DNA of 64,000 nucleotides from Chitinophagales bacterium (GTDB taxonomy: Bacteria; Bacteroidota; Bacteroidia; Chitinophagales; JAUHXS01), in assembly GCA_965213575.1 (NCBI GenBank), contig CBDBZN010000006.1, forward strand, positions 106,297 through 170,296, in the 5' to 3' direction. Positions 39,790-50,873 of this stretch are shown here, piece by piece. A program made the position numbers and the translations under genes. Every line of letters begins with the position of its first letter. The first letter of the stretch is position 1. The notes under the pieces are model-generated. The model made no database searches. It worked only from the letters and a program-made list of their open reading frames with translations, and was not told where the DNA came from.

Positions 39790-40703
39790 TGTATAGGAAG
39801 CAATCTATTTGGGCCGAGATAAAAAGGCAATATGCTCAGCCCGGAGATATGATTTTCAAACTTATCATTGTAAATGTAGCCGTTTTTTTAGTTGTTAATA
39901 TCATCAAGTTATTTTGCACACTTTTTATTACGGATCCTTTATTATATGCCACCATTTATCACGATTATTTTTTGAAATGGCTAGCTGTCCCTTCTGATTT
40001 GGGACAACTTATCTATAAACCATGGACATTATTGACTTACATGTTTTTACATGAAGGCTTTTTCCATTTGTTATTTAACATGCTATGGCTTTATTGGATT
40101 GGCCGAATTTTACAAGATCTGATAGGATTTAAAAAAATATTACCCATCTACCTGATGGGTGGTTTGTTGGGAGGCGTAATCTATATACTGAGCTATAATC
40201 TATTTCCCGGGCTACAAGCATATGCCGCAGGTAGTATTTTGCTGGGAGCCTCAGCCGGGGTTTTAGCAATTGTATTTGCAGCAGCTACTTTGACTCCCGA
40301 TTATCTTATTCATTTAATTTTGATAGGGCCGGTAAAGCTAAAATATATTGCATTATTTACATTAATTCTAGATGTAATAAGTATAGGAAATTTAAGTAAT
40401 GCCGGTGGTCATTTAGCGCATTTAGGAGGTGCCTTATTTGGTTTTTTATACATTAAGCAACTTCAAAATGGAAATGATTGGGCTAAAACACCAAATAAAA
40501 TAATAGACTGGACAATGAGTCTTTTTGATAAAAAACCTAAAATGAGCTATCAAAAATCATCTGATAAAAAGCCTAAACCCTCTGTTATTTCAAAATCTAA
40601 TCAAGCTAGAGTAGATGATATTTTAGATAAAATAGCAGAAGCCGGTTATGACAGCCTTTCTAAGGAAGAAAAAGATTTTTTATTTAAATACAGCAAAAAC
40701 TAA
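39789..40703 (+). CDS. Rhomboid protease with C-terminal DUF6576-like tail
   Basis: GASAG, GHLAHLGG, DDILDKI...GYDSLS.EEK; ATG overlaps upstream stop (TAATG). Confidence 0.93.
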   Translation: MYRKQSIWAEIKRQYAQPGDMIFKLIIVNVAVFLVVNIIKLFCTLFITDPLLYATIYHDYFLKWLAVPSDLGQLIYKPWTLLTYMFLHEGFFHLLFNMLWLYWIGRILQDLIGFKKILPIYLMGGLLGGVIYILSYNLFPGLQAYAAGSILLGASAGVLAIVFAAATLTPDYLIHLILIGPVKLKYIALFTLILDVISIGNLSNAGGHLAHLGGALFGFLYIKQLQNGNDWAKTPNKIIDWTMSLFDKKPKMSYQKSSDKKPKPSVISKSNQARVDDILDKIAEAGYDSLSKEEKDFLFKYSKN

Positions 40704-40708
40704 ATTAT

Positions 40709-41074
40709 TTATTTTTTAACAATTCTATAGCTATTTTCCCTGTCCTCTTTATCTTTTATAGTAAAATAATACGTTCCTTTTGGATAGGTTGATATGTCAA
40801 TATCATGAACATCAGAAGATTTAAGCTTAGTACAATAGTATTCTTTCCCTGCCATATCCACGATTTTATAGTTCATTTTTTGTTTAGTATTTTCAGTTTT
40901 GATTTGAATAGAAGAAGTTTCATTATTCGCATCAACTACTAAATTATAATCAGTATTGGTACCTCTTAAGGTAATTATTTCTACATGGTCCTCTTGAGCG
41001 ATTATTGAACCTGATACTAAAATCGTCGCTGCTATCAATGTAAAAAACCTACTTATAATATCCTTCATACGCAT
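40709..41074 (-). CDS. Small exported protein that is mostly a T9SS type A CTD-like domain
   Basis: Signal peptide; YKIVDMAGK...IDISTYPKGTYYFTI...RIVKK. Confidence 0.72.
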   Translation of the reverse strand: MRMKDIISRFFTLIAATILVSGSIIAQEDHVEIITLRGTNTDYNLVVDANNETSSIQIKTENTKQKMNYKIVDMAGKEYYCTKLKSSDVHDIDISTYPKGTYYFTIKDKEDRENSYRIVKK

Positions 41075-41201
41075 TTATTTAAATCGAATCTTAAGTTGTC
41101 AATATAATATATATTTTATATAAAGTCAATGGCAGAAAAGCCTATTGTCTTTAAATATATACTAATAGAAACTTTTGAGAGGTAATTTTTAGAAAAAGTA
41201 T

Positions 41202-42365
41202 TTACTTCAAAATATCCTTAGCGATCACTAGTTTTTGAATTTCAGAAGTTCCTTCACCAATTGTACATAATTTTGCATCTCTATAGTGTTTTTCTACCGG
41301 AAATTCTTTAATATATCCATAACCTCCCAGTACCTGAATGGCATCAGTAGCCACTTGCACCGCTGCTTCAGATGTATAATATTTGGCTTCAGCAGATTCT
41401 CTGGTCATTTTTTTACCTTTATTCTTAAGGTCAGCAGCTTTCATTGTAAGCAGCTCGCCATTTTCTATCTTTACTGCCATGTCAGCTAATTTAAATCCGA
41501 TGGCTTGAAAATGGCCAATAGGTTCTCCAAATTGTTCCCTTTCTCCTGCATAAGCCACAGCAGCTTCATAAGCACCTTTGGCAATGCCTAACCCTAACGA
41601 TGCAATAGAAATACGGCCGCCGTCTAACACTTTCATAGCTTGGATAAATCCTTCACCTACTTCACCTAATACATTTTCTTCCGGCACTCTGCAATCTTCA
41701 AAAATCATCTCTGCCGTTTCAGAAGCGCGCATGCCAAGTTTATCTTCTTTCTTGCCTGCTTTTAGTCCCGGTGTGCCTCTTTCTACCACAAATGCAGTAA
41801 TACCATGAGAGTCCAACAATTCACCTGTTCTAGCTAACACAATAGCTACATCTCCTGAAATTCCATGTGTAATAAAACATTTTGTGCCATTTATAACCCA
41901 TTCATTTCCATCCTTCTTAGCGACACATTTCATTCTCATAGCATCAGAGCCTGTGTTTGGTTCTGTAAGTCCCCATGCCCCGATCCATTCTGCAGTAGCT
42001 AGTTTAGGCAAGTACTTCTTTTTTTGTGCATCGTTACCAAATTGGAGGATGTGTCCGGTACATAATGAGTTGTGAGCTGCCACTGACAAGCCGATAGAAC
42101 CGTCTATTTTTGAGATTTCAGAAATAACGGTAACATATTCAAAATAACTAAATCCTGCTCCGCCATATTCTGTGGGTACTAATACGCCCATTAATCCAAG
42201 CTCACCAAGCTTTTTAAACACTGCCACCGGAAACTCTTGTGATTCATCCCATTTCATCATATGAGGTTTGATATGCTGCTCGCCAAAATCTTTGATCATA
42301 TCAATAATCATCTTCTGATTCTCGTTAAGTGAAAAATCTAATCCCGGCTTTGTCAAAGTTTCCAT
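41202..42365 (-). CDS. Acyl-CoA dehydrogenase
   Basis: [39 protein letters not shown]. Confidence 0.96.
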   Translation of the reverse strand: METLTKPGLDFSLNENQKMIIDMIKDFGEQHIKPHMMKWDESQEFPVAVFKKLGELGLMGVLVPTEYGGAGFSYFEYVTVISEISKIDGSIGLSVAAHNSLCTGHILQFGNDAQKKKYLPKLATAEWIGAWGLTEPNTGSDAMRMKCVAKKDGNEWVINGTKCFITHGISGDVAIVLARTGELLDSHGITAFVVERGTPGLKAGKKEDKLGMRASETAEMIFEDCRVPEENVLGEVGEGFIQAMKVLDGGRISIASLGLGIAKGAYEAAVAYAGEREQFGEPIGHFQAIGFKLADMAVKIENGELLTMKAADLKNKGKKMTRESAEAKYYTSEAAVQVATDAIQVLGGYGYIKEFPVEKHYRDAKLCTIGEGTSEIQKLVIAKDILK

Positions 42366-42371
42366 ATTAAA

Positions 42372-42902
42372 TTATTTGTAAGTTGCTAAATTAATTACAT
42401 TTTTTGATTGATTCAATAATTGTTCTTCCCCATTTAAAAAAGCTAGATGAATTAAAAAAGAAAAACCTGCAATTTTACCATGTAATTTTTTTATCAATTC
42501 TCCCGCAGCGTAAGCTGTGCCGCCTGTTGCCAACAGGTCATCGTGTATCATAATTTGTTGTCCGGGTTTTATCAAACCTTTTTGAATTTCTATCGTAGCT
42601 GAGCCATATTCCAGATCATAGGTATACGACATCGTATCACCGGGGAGTTTACCTTGTTTTCTCACAGCTATAAAAGGTACCTGAAGCTTTTGAGCTATTC
42701 CCGGGCCCCAAAAAAAACCTCTGCTCTCAATGCCTGCAACAGCATCGATTTTTATATCTTTCATGCGCTCTGCAAATAAATCAATAATGTCTTTGCATAA
42801 CATAGGATTTTGAAGAAGAGGCATGATATCTTTAAAAATAATACCTTCTATGGGGAAGTTCTTAATATCTCTAATAGTGTCTTTAATTTTTCTTTCAATC
42901 AT
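42372..42902 (-). CDS. apt: Adenine phosphoribosyltransferase
   Basis: FP..GIIFKDI, IESRGF, RK.GKLP, DDLLATGGT. Confidence 0.96.
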   Translation of the reverse strand: MIERKIKDTIRDIKNFPIEGIIFKDIMPLLQNPMLCKDIIDLFAERMKDIKIDAVAGIESRGFFWGPGIAQKLQVPFIAVRKQGKLPGDTMSYTYDLEYGSATIEIQKGLIKPGQQIMIHDDLLATGGTAYAAGELIKKLHGKIAGFSFLIHLAFLNGEEQLLNQSKNVINLATYK

Positions 42903-43584
42903 CAATCGTGAGATACGGTTCAAGCTTTAGGTATAAGCTGTCAGTAATAAAGGTAATGTTTTTTATTTCTTTAACCGTTGTAAATAAATGCTCCTTTCTA
43001 TAATTAACTATATCATGTACCATCTTTTTTGAAATGTATGGATGTCTTAGTAAAGTGCCATAAGCTGCTCGATTAATATCCATTTGTTTAATGATAGCAT
43101 TAGTATCTATGAATATTTGATCGATTATTAGCATATAAAGTTCATGTTTGATACCATAGACTTCCAGTAATTGTTCTTTTGCAACATATCCTCCCAGCAG
43201 ATTTTTATATTTAATAATACGGTTGGAATATACAGGTCCAATCCCACGCAATTTTTTCCAGTCACTGGTATCGTTAGTATTTAAATTTATAGATATGATA
43301 GGAGAGTTTTCTGTGTCAAATCTCTGTTTTTCAGCTTTGACAGGAATAGAGTTGTCTGTAGCAATAGATTCAAATTGCTTTTGAGTAGTCACTTTTTTCT
43401 GTTGCGCACGAAAAGAATTAATTTCTTCTTCATATACAGCTAGGTCGATTTGTTTGGCCGGAAATAAATATTGCCATATATAAATGCTTGAATATGATAT
43501 GACAATCAAAAAAAGCAATATTATAATGCCATTTCTCTCCCGCTTATTATAGTAGAAAAAATCTTTTAAATCCTTCATTAGCAT
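42895..43584 (-). CDS. ComEA-like helix-hairpin-helix protein
   Basis: N-terminal TM; INLN...LRGIGP....RIIKY...LGG. Confidence 0.85.
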   Translation of the reverse strand: MLMKDLKDFFYYNKRERNGIIILLFLIVISYSSIYIWQYLFPAKQIDLAVYEEEINSFRAQQKKVTTQKQFESIATDNSIPVKAEKQRFDTENSPIISINLNTNDTSDWKKLRGIGPVYSNRIIKYKNLLGGYVAKEQLLEVYGIKHELYMLIIDQIFIDTNAIIKQMDINRAAYGTLLRHPYISKKMVHDIVNYRKEHLFTTVKEIKNITFITDSLYLKLEPYLTIDD

Positions 43585-43643
43585 TGTAGTTGTCGTTAAA
43601 TATCTAGTATTTTGTTAAATTAGCGTACCTAAAAATAATAACT

Positions 43644-44147
43644 ATGCAGAACATATTGTTGACATTGATGCTATCTTTTGTTTTCGGAGCAAATATCTCA
43701 ATTGCTCAAATTGCGCCGGTTGATGAAACGACTGGGAAAATTACGTATACAGATGTTGTTGAGATAGAAGGTGCTACGGCTTCACAGCTGTTTGAAAGGG
43801 CAAAAAAATGGTTTCCTTTAGAGCAGGGATCTCCCAGAGAAATTAAATTTGCTGACAACAGCAAAAACGAGATTTGGGGAGAATGCAGCTTTCCGGTAGT
43901 AATGAATGGTGCGTCAATAGAAGTAGATTATACTTTAAAGATTAAATTAAAAGATGGCCGCTATAAATATATTGCTACTTCTTTTACGGCTGATCATGGA
44001 TCAGATTATCAAACTACATTTGAAGATAGGATGATGCCCAACAAAAGAGAAATATACGATGTTACGAATGATAGAATGAAAGCGTTATTTAAAGACCTTA
44101 AGGCTGCTATGTCTACTTCCTTCGAGACGAAGAATGAAGATTGGTAA
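43644..44147 (+). CDS. DUF4468-like exported protein
   Basis: Signal peptide; YTDVVE....A.QLFERAKKW...KDGRYKY; ends EDW. Confidence 0.7.
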   Translation: MQNILLTLMLSFVFGANISIAQIAPVDETTGKITYTDVVEIEGATASQLFERAKKWFPLEQGSPREIKFADNSKNEIWGECSFPVVMNGASIEVDYTLKIKLKDGRYKYIATSFTADHGSDYQTTFEDRMMPNKREIYDVTNDRMKALFKDLKAAMSTSFETKNEDW

Positions 44148-44247
44148 TTATTAATGCATATATACAGTATTATTAGAAGCTATATGGTCATAATGACAGC
44201 TTCAAATAGTTTGATTTTACAAGTTTTAAATCATAAAAACAGTTAAA

Positions 44248-45582
44248 TCAATATTTAGTGATCATGCCTACTTTTATACCGGATGAAGTACCCACCCTCC
44301 AGGTATAGATGCCTTTTTCGAATAAGGTTGTATTGATTTTTATACTGGACTTAATATTTAATTTTTCCAATACCAACTTTCCTGTTATGTCAAAAATCTC
44401 TAACGTAACAGTTCCATTATTATTAAAATTAAAGTACAACTCATCGTTGATCGGATTAGGATATACATATATATCACTTTGTCTTAGTGAATTCACATTA
44501 CTAGAAATACAATTAGTTACAATGATTTCATTTGTAGCTTCATTGGAACAATTTTTACTATTTGTGTACGAATAGGTAATCAAATGATTTCCTACACCGG
44601 CCAGTTCAGGATTAAAAATTCCGGATACTATTCCCGGCCCTGCGTAAGTACCACCTGCAGGATTTCCACCAGATAAAGTTATCAATCCCTCATTTTCGCA
44701 AGTAGAGTCTTCATTTAGTGTTAAAGTAACTATAGGATTTTCTTCTACAGTCAGCGTTAATCTCACAATACTATCACAGTTTGTTATAGTAGAGAATGAA
44801 TCTACATAAACTCCTGAAGTATTTTGAAAATTACCACCAACAAAAACGCTATCTCCCGAGCAGATGCTCTCTGTTAGCTGTACAGTTTGAGAATTATTGA
44901 TGATCAACACTAATTGCACTGTACTATCACAACTATTACTTGCCGCAAAAGTTGCTTTATATGAACCCGACCTAGTAAGCGTATTCCCATCAAATAAGAA
45001 TGAATCACAGGCTGTCTCAGTTAATTTTGTTAATAAATCAGAGGTTCCCGGACTACCAAAAACTTCAAATGTATTAATTATTACGCCGGTAGCTGATGTC
45101 GATGACAACCAATTACTTCCAATATTATTATCAGAATTTATATCGCACAAAACAATAGAAGGGCCTTCACCGTCAGAGCCCGTGGGCCATGAAGACACAT
45201 TACTGTAGGTTACAGAATCAAGTAGAGTATCCAGCCCATCTTTTAATACTATAGCTTCTCCTGCATTGGCAAGCGTTCCGGAATTCCACTGGTAAGCAAT
45301 TGCTCCAAATACTGTAGCAATAGCCACAGAGTCTTTAGCGATTGTTAAGTAAGCTTCTGCATCTAACATTATGTTGGTAAACGTATGCGTGATGCCATTA
45401 GATAGCGTATAATTATTTAAATTAATGCTAGCCGGCCCGGCATTATAAATTTCTATGTATTCTAATGAATCAGTTCCTGATTCCGGAGGGTTATACATGA
45501 TCTCTGTAATGACTAACTGTGCATTTACAAGTTTTAAGAAACTCAATAAAATTATTATAAATGAAAATCTAACTATATCCAT
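44248..45582 (-). CDS. Lamin-tail-domain protein with Cys-pair repeats and T9SS type A CTD
   Basis: LVITEIMYNP...EYIEIYN...GSPG; CDS repeats; YPNP...GIY. Confidence 0.88.
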   Translation of the reverse strand: MDIVRFSFIIILLSFLKLVNAQLVITEIMYNPPESGTDSLEYIEIYNAGPASINLNNYTLSNGITHTFTNIMLDAEAYLTIAKDSVAIATVFGAIAYQWNSGTLANAGEAIVLKDGLDTLLDSVTYSNVSSWPTGSDGEGPSIVLCDINSDNNIGSNWLSSTSATGVIINTFEVFGSPGTSDLLTKLTETACDSFLFDGNTLTRSGSYKATFAASNSCDSTVQLVLIINNSQTVQLTESICSGDSVFVGGNFQNTSGVYVDSFSTITNCDSIVRLTLTVEENPIVTLTLNEDSTCENEGLITLSGGNPAGGTYAGPGIVSGIFNPELAGVGNHLITYSYTNSKNCSNEATNEIIVTNCISSNVNSLRQSDIYVYPNPINDELYFNFNNNGTVTLEIFDITGKLVLEKLNIKSSIKINTTLFEKGIYTWRVGTSSGIKVGMITKY

Positions 45583-45772
45583 TTTTATGTGTTTGTTATA
45601 AAATGATTGCTAAGGTAAAATTTTAAATGTAAAAAAATATATCTTTCGTGTTATTTTTTCATTTTAATTTTGTAAAAGTTTTGAGTGTTTATATTTTAAT
45701 CTATAATTGGGATAGCATATGATGTTTGAGTTTAAGCATTATATTTATGCTATCAATCAAGCCGATCAATTG

Positions 45773-46390
45773 ATGTATAGAAAAATTTATTATTTCATTT
45801 TATTATGCTTAATTATAGGTATTAATAGTACTTCTGCTCAAAGCTATGGTGCCGCTCTTGGGCTCCGCCTAGGAGATAATAACTTTTCAAGAACAGTAGG
45901 ATTAACAGGTAAATACCGGATTTTGAAACATGTGACCTTAGAAGGAATAGCCCAAACAGATTTTTCCAGAAATACTACTTTTCACTTTTTGATCGAGCAA
46001 CATCAAAGCATTTTATCTAAAAGGTTAAATTTTTATATAGGCACCGGCGTTGGGTTTGGTGAAGAAGAAAGTGAAATTAAAGACCCGCAAACAAAACAAA
46101 TTATTTATACCTATGGAAATCCCACTTTTGGAATAGATTTAATTGCCGGTATTGAATTTACTTTGTTAAGATATAGCCTTTCACTTGACTACAAGCCAAA
46201 TTTTAATTTATGGGGGCGTGAGCAGTGGGTTAGAGGCCAGATTGGCCTTTCTTTAAGATATGTAATGATAACAGGTGCTGCCCAAAATAAAAATCGCAGA
46301 AAAAGAGCTAGAGAGAAGAGAAAAGAGGAAGCAGAAGGATTATTCCCAAGTATCAAAAACTTCTTTACAAAACCTTTTGATTCGGATTAA
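45773..46390 (+). CDS. Putative small outer-membrane beta-barrel protein
   Basis: Signal peptide, AQSY.AALGLRLG, SLDYKP.FN; ORF opens at 45719. Confidence 0.72.
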   Translation: MYRKIYYFILLCLIIGINSTSAQSYGAALGLRLGDNNFSRTVGLTGKYRILKHVTLEGIAQTDFSRNTTFHFLIEQHQSILSKRLNFYIGTGVGFGEEESEIKDPQTKQIIYTYGNPTFGIDLIAGIEFTLLRYSLSLDYKPNFNLWGREQWVRGQIGLSLRYVMITGAAQNKNRRKRAREKRKEEAEGLFPSIKNFFTKPFDSD

Positions 46391-47459
46391 GTAGCTCCTT
46401 GTTTTGTGGTTTCTCTCTGGGAGTGTTTCCATACTTTTTACCCATCATCTGCCAGCAAGTTACAAAAAGTGCTGCCACTACGGGGCCAATTACAAATCCG
46501 GAAAGTCCAAACCATGCCAATCCTCCCAAAGTCGATAATAAAACTAGATAATCCGGTAGCTTAGTATCCTTACCTACTAAACGAGGCCGCAAAAAGTTAT
46601 CAATCAATCCTATAAAGCCAATTCCAACAGCTACTAATATGATGCTACGGCCAATTTCTCCTTGTATGATTAAGATAATTGCCCACGGCACCCAAATTAA
46701 CGCGCTGCCAATAGGCAATAAAGATGCTAAAACCATCATAACACCCCATAGAAAAGCGCCTTTTATACCTAGTATCCAGAAAAGCAAACCTCCAATTGTT
46801 CCCTGCACAAAGGCAACAATGAGACTTCCTTTAACAGTAGCTCGAGCTACACTTTCAAACCGGCTCAATAAATTTCTTTCCATATGGTCATTCATAGGAA
46901 TAGCCCAAACAAGATTATCAACTAACTTTTTGCCGTCACGAATGAAAAAGAAAAAAATGTATAGCATTAAAAAAAAGTTGATCAGTAGGTTAAATATATT
47001 TTTTGTAACGCCAATTGCATATCCTGTAACCAATCTTGCTGCGCTGGAAAATAATTCATAAATTTTTCTTTCAATATCTTCAGCTGTTAATCCTAATTTC
47101 GCTAAGACATGATCGGGAATAGAAATTCGTCTTTGCAGATTATTAAATTCTTCCTGAATAGAAATATTGTCTTGACTCATTTTTCCTAAAATTACATTCG
47201 CTTCATATATCACCGCTATGGTGACAATTACCAAAGGGACAATTACAAATATTAACATATATCCTAAGGTTAAACCTGCAGCTAAACTTGGTTTTTTAGG
47301 CATTTTGGCTTTAATTTTATCAAATCTTTTATGAAATAAAATAGCCAAAATGATAGCCCAAAAAACTGCCATGAGGAAGTCATTAATAAGTCCTAGGAAG
47401 CCTACTGTAACAAGGAGAATTAATAGTATGAAAAAATACTTCTGGACTATGTTTTTCAT
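46365..47459 (-). CDS. AI-2E family transporter
   Basis: Multi-TM; DNFLRP.LVG...LLSTLGG...FG..G.VIGP. Confidence 0.92.
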   Translation of the reverse strand: MKNIVQKYFFILLILLVTVGFLGLINDFLMAVFWAIILAILFHKRFDKIKAKMPKKPSLAAGLTLGYMLIFVIVPLVIVTIAVIYEANVILGKMSQDNISIQEEFNNLQRRISIPDHVLAKLGLTAEDIERKIYELFSSAARLVTGYAIGVTKNIFNLLINFFLMLYIFFFFIRDGKKLVDNLVWAIPMNDHMERNLLSRFESVARATVKGSLIVAFVQGTIGGLLFWILGIKGAFLWGVMMVLASLLPIGSALIWVPWAIILIIQGEIGRSIILVAVGIGFIGLIDNFLRPRLVGKDTKLPDYLVLLSTLGGLAWFGLSGFVIGPVVAALFVTCWQMMGKKYGNTPREKPQNKELLNPNQKVL

Positions 47460-47680
47460 GATTGGCCGGAATGCCTTGTTTAAGCGTACAATATAATACT
47501 AAACCGAATGATTTTAGCATTAAAAATGCTGGTAAGAATTTTTAGCTTAAATATTGAGGCCTTTTAAATGAAATGTGACTGACTATCCTATTTTGCGATG
47601 AATTATATTAAAAGAGCTTATAGAATAGAAGCTAAGAAAATAAAAATTTATGAAAAGTGAGTCTTGCTAAGCTAGCATGG

Positions 47681-48646
47681 CTACATCAACTCCTCTATTA
47701 TATGCTCCACACTCACATTTTCCGCTTCTGCTTTGAAGTTTTTCACGATCCTGTGACGAAGAATTTGCAAAGCCACAGCTTTCACATCTTCAATATCTGG
47801 AGAATATTTTCCATTAAGTGCAGCATGACATTTTGCCCCTAACACTAAATATTGCGAAGCTCTAGGACCTGCTCCCCAAGACAAGTATTGATTGCTGATC
47901 TCCGCCCCTTGAGCTGTGTTAGGCCTGGTTTTACTTGCTAATGTAACTGCGTATTCTAAGACGTTATCAGCAATAGGTATCTTTTTGATCAAGGCCTGAT
48001 AAGCTAAAATTTCATTTGCGCCGATAATTTTATTTAACTGTGAGCTGGTACCCGATGTAGTATTTTTTACTACGTTGACTTCATCTTGGTAATCTGGATA
48101 TGTCATAATAATATTAAACATAAACCTATCCAATTGAGCCTCAGGCAAGGGATAAGTCCCTTCTTGTTCAATAGGGTTTTGCGTGGCTAAAACAAAGAAA
48201 GGTAATGCTAATTTATATTGCTGCCCGGCTACCGTTACAGACCGCTCTTGCATTGCTTCCAGCAAAGCAGCTTGTGTTTTGGGTGGCGTTCTGTTAATCT
48301 CATCTGCTAAAACAATATTAGAGAAAAGTGGGCCTTTATTGAATTTAAAATTCCTTGATTGGTCTAAAATTTCTGAACCGGTAATATCTGACGGCATCAG
48401 GTCCGGAGTAAATTGGATCCGGCTAAAATCCAGATCTAATACTTGAGAAATAGTATTGACTAAAAGTGTTTTTGCTAACCCCGGAACTCCTACTAATAAG
48501 CAATGCCCTTCACAAAAAATGGCTATCAAACAAGATTTTACTGTATCATGTTGCCCGACGATGGCTTTACCAATTTCTGCCCTGAGTACTTCATATGATT
48601 TAGCTAGTGAATCTATTCCTTCTTTATCTGATGAGAAATTGGCCAT
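47681..48646 (-). CDS. moxR: MoxR family AAA+ ATPase
   Basis: GVPGLAKT, RIQFTPDLMPSDITG, DEINR, ATQNPIEQEGTYPLPEAQLDRF. Confidence 0.93.
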   Translation of the reverse strand: MANFSSDKEGIDSLAKSYEVLRAEIGKAIVGQHDTVKSCLIAIFCEGHCLLVGVPGLAKTLLVNTISQVLDLDFSRIQFTPDLMPSDITGSEILDQSRNFKFNKGPLFSNIVLADEINRTPPKTQAALLEAMQERSVTVAGQQYKLALPFFVLATQNPIEQEGTYPLPEAQLDRFMFNIIMTYPDYQDEVNVVKNTTSGTSSQLNKIIGANEILAYQALIKKIPIADNVLEYAVTLASKTRPNTAQGAEISNQYLSWGAGPRASQYLVLGAKCHAALNGKYSPDIEDVKAVALQILRHRIVKNFKAEAENVSVEHIIEELM

Positions 48647-48655
48647 AGTTTATGT

Positions 48656-50029
48656 TTAATTACCCAATGCTGTTGGTTGAATCCAGTTGGAAGTTTTAAT
48701 GCATTCTCCTTCAATGGGATCAATATGAATATAAGTAGCTGAGGATTTCTCGCGCAGCCATTCTTCCATTGCCTTAGTTTTCTTTTCGTTGAGTGCAGCT
48801 GCTTGTATTTTATTATAATCTTCTTTTAAAGAGGCTTGATGCGGTTCGGTTTCTGACTTTAAATATAATAACCTATAAGCTTGTTTACCTGTTTGAGTAG
48901 TGAATACACTAGGTGTAGAAACTTCTCCGGGCTTCATTTTGTCGATCATAAAATATATGCTGGGATCCATCTGATCAGCTTCGAAATAAGTGGTTCCCGT
49001 TTGGTTATTCGTCAACATCCCACTACTGTTTTTGGTGTCTTCATCCTCAGAAAATTGAGCTACAGCTTGAGGAAAAGACATTTGTCCGGAGCTAATGAGC
49101 TGTGAAACGCTATCTGCTAAAGCTTGTGCAGCTTTGATATCATAGCTGGTAATTTGCGGCTTAATAAGAATATGCCTGACATTTACAGTTTCACCTCTTC
49201 GCTCGATTAGTTGTAAAATGTGATATCCAAATTGAGTTTCAATGATTTCCGAAACTTCTTCTTTTTTTATACTGTAAGCAACGGCTTCAAATGCTGACAC
49301 TAACTCGCCTCTTTTTGTAAATCCTAGTTCACCTCCATTAGAAGCACTTCCCGGATCTTCCGAATAAATGACAGCCATGGTAGAAAAATCTTCTCCTGCA
49401 ATAATTCTATCTCTTAAATTTTGTATTTTTTCTTTAGCTAAAGTCTTTTGTATTTGGCTGGTTTTAGGATAGATAACGATTTGGCCAACTTCCATCTCTG
49501 CGTTGAAATAAGGCAAGCTGTCAGGCGCAATATTATTGTAAAACTTCTTTACTTCAGCCGGTGTGATTTTAACATCGGAAGTAATCGATGCTTGCATTCT
49601 ATTTGCTAACAATTGCTTTTTGATATCTTCTCTAAAATCATCTTTTATCTCAACGATTGACTTGTTGTATTCTTCTTCGAGCTTTTTTTCAGAACCTATT
49701 AAAGAAATGAAGTAACGTAACCTTCGATCCATTTCTGCTTCTATTTCTTCGTCATTGACCTGTATACTATCAATTTCTGCTTGATGTAACATCATCTTTT
49801 GACGAAGCATTTGATCTAATATATCGCATTTAAATTCTTCGCTCACTTCTACCGCCTGCTGAGAAGCATATTGCTGGTATTGTAGTTCTACTTCAGATTT
49901 TAGAATGATATTATCGCCTACTACCGCTACAATTTTATCAATCAGTTTTATATCTGATTGTGCATCAACTACAAAATGTATGCCTATGATAGAAAGGACA
50001 AAAAACAGCCTACTGGTAAAATTTTTCAA
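48656..50029 (-). CDS. surA: SurA-like peptidyl-prolyl isomerase/chaperone
   Basis: DKIVAVVG..IILKS; two parvulin domains (SEDPGS...GGELG, RHILIKP). Confidence 0.82.
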   Translation of the reverse strand: MKNFTSRLFFVLSIIGIHFVVDAQSDIKLIDKIVAVVGDNIILKSEVELQYQQYASQQAVEVSEEFKCDILDQMLRQKMMLHQAEIDSIQVNDEEIEAEMDRRLRYFISLIGSEKKLEEEYNKSIVEIKDDFREDIKKQLLANRMQASITSDVKITPAEVKKFYNNIAPDSLPYFNAEMEVGQIVIYPKTSQIQKTLAKEKIQNLRDRIIAGEDFSTMAVIYSEDPGSASNGGELGFTKRGELVSAFEAVAYSIKKEEVSEIIETQFGYHILQLIERRGETVNVRHILIKPQITSYDIKAAQALADSVSQLISSGQMSFPQAVAQFSEDEDTKNSSGMLTNNQTGTTYFEADQMDPSIYFMIDKMKPGEVSTPSVFTTQTGKQAYRLLYLKSETEPHQASLKEDYNKIQAAALNEKKTKAMEEWLREKSSATYIHIDPIEGECIKTSNWIQPTALGN

Positions 50030-50870
50030 ACTGAGATTTCTTTAAAGCTTTTTGATAAAGGGTATTATGCATATTTTTAATAAGGCTTTGTTTCCTTTTA
50101 TTTAGAATTATTTTTTTAATATCTTCTTTCACGTAGTTTAACGGTGGTACCTCCCCTTTTAGTTTGTAGGCACTTACTTTTATTACATAGTATCCTGATG
50201 AATCGGCAACTTCAATAAGGCTTTTTCTGCTCATTAAATTCTGCTCAGAGTACCATCTTGCCGGAGCAACGGCAAGCAGTTCATTATAATTTAACCATAT
50301 GTCACTTGTAACCATGCAATTGGTAACATCGTCTTCTTCGCATATTTCCTCTAAGCTGATCTGAGCGTTTTCATCATATGTTTTTAACCATAATTTTATA
50401 GAGTCTACATATCTTGGCCGTTCGTTAAATTTAAGCAGTTTAATATTGAAAACATTTTCATTTAAAAGAAAATTTTCACCGTATTTATCTAAATATGCTT
50501 GCAATTCTTTATCCTCTGTATCTATATTTAACTTTTGATTAATTAGTTCTTTTTCATATAAATATCCTAAGAGAGATAATTCATAATCTTCAAGCTGTTG
50601 ATTTAAATATTTATCATAACTTTTTAAGTTTTTTCTTGCCTCTTGTGCAATGATTCTCTTTTTTATCCAGCTTTCTATATAATTATCAATGATTTTTGCA
50701 CTATCTACCGGATAATTTGCTCCTTGAAAAAGGTGGCTGATCTCTGAAAGATATAAATAATCATCTTTGACCCTAGCTAGTGCAACGTCATCTTCTGTAC
50801 TATGATCGTTGAGATTACATGAAGCCCATACTACAGAAAAACATATGATGAAACGAAAATAAACTGCCAA
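50010..50870 (-). CDS. Foldase-like lipoprotein in PPIase cluster
   Basis: Lipobox WASC; LARV...YLY; P.L.YV..DI..IILNKRK. Confidence 0.72.
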   Translation of the reverse strand: MAVYFRFIICFSVVWASCNLNDHSTEDDVALARVKDDYLYLSEISHLFQGANYPVDSAKIIDNYIESWIKKRIIAQEARKNLKSYDKYLNQQLEDYELSLLGYLYEKELINQKLNIDTEDKELQAYLDKYGENFLLNENVFNIKLLKFNERPRYVDSIKLWLKTYDENAQISLEEICEEDDVTNCMVTSDIWLNYNELLAVAPARWYSEQNLMSRKSLIEVADSSGYYVIKVSAYKLKGEVPPLNYVKEDIKKIILNKRKQSLIKNMHNTLYQKALKKSQFEKFYQ

Positions 50871-50873
50871 ACT

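Noticed and set aside
38965-40703. Tandem rhomboids, also tandem Skp genes and the PPIase-moxR cluster
   Set aside because: Conserved Bacteroidota gene arrangements
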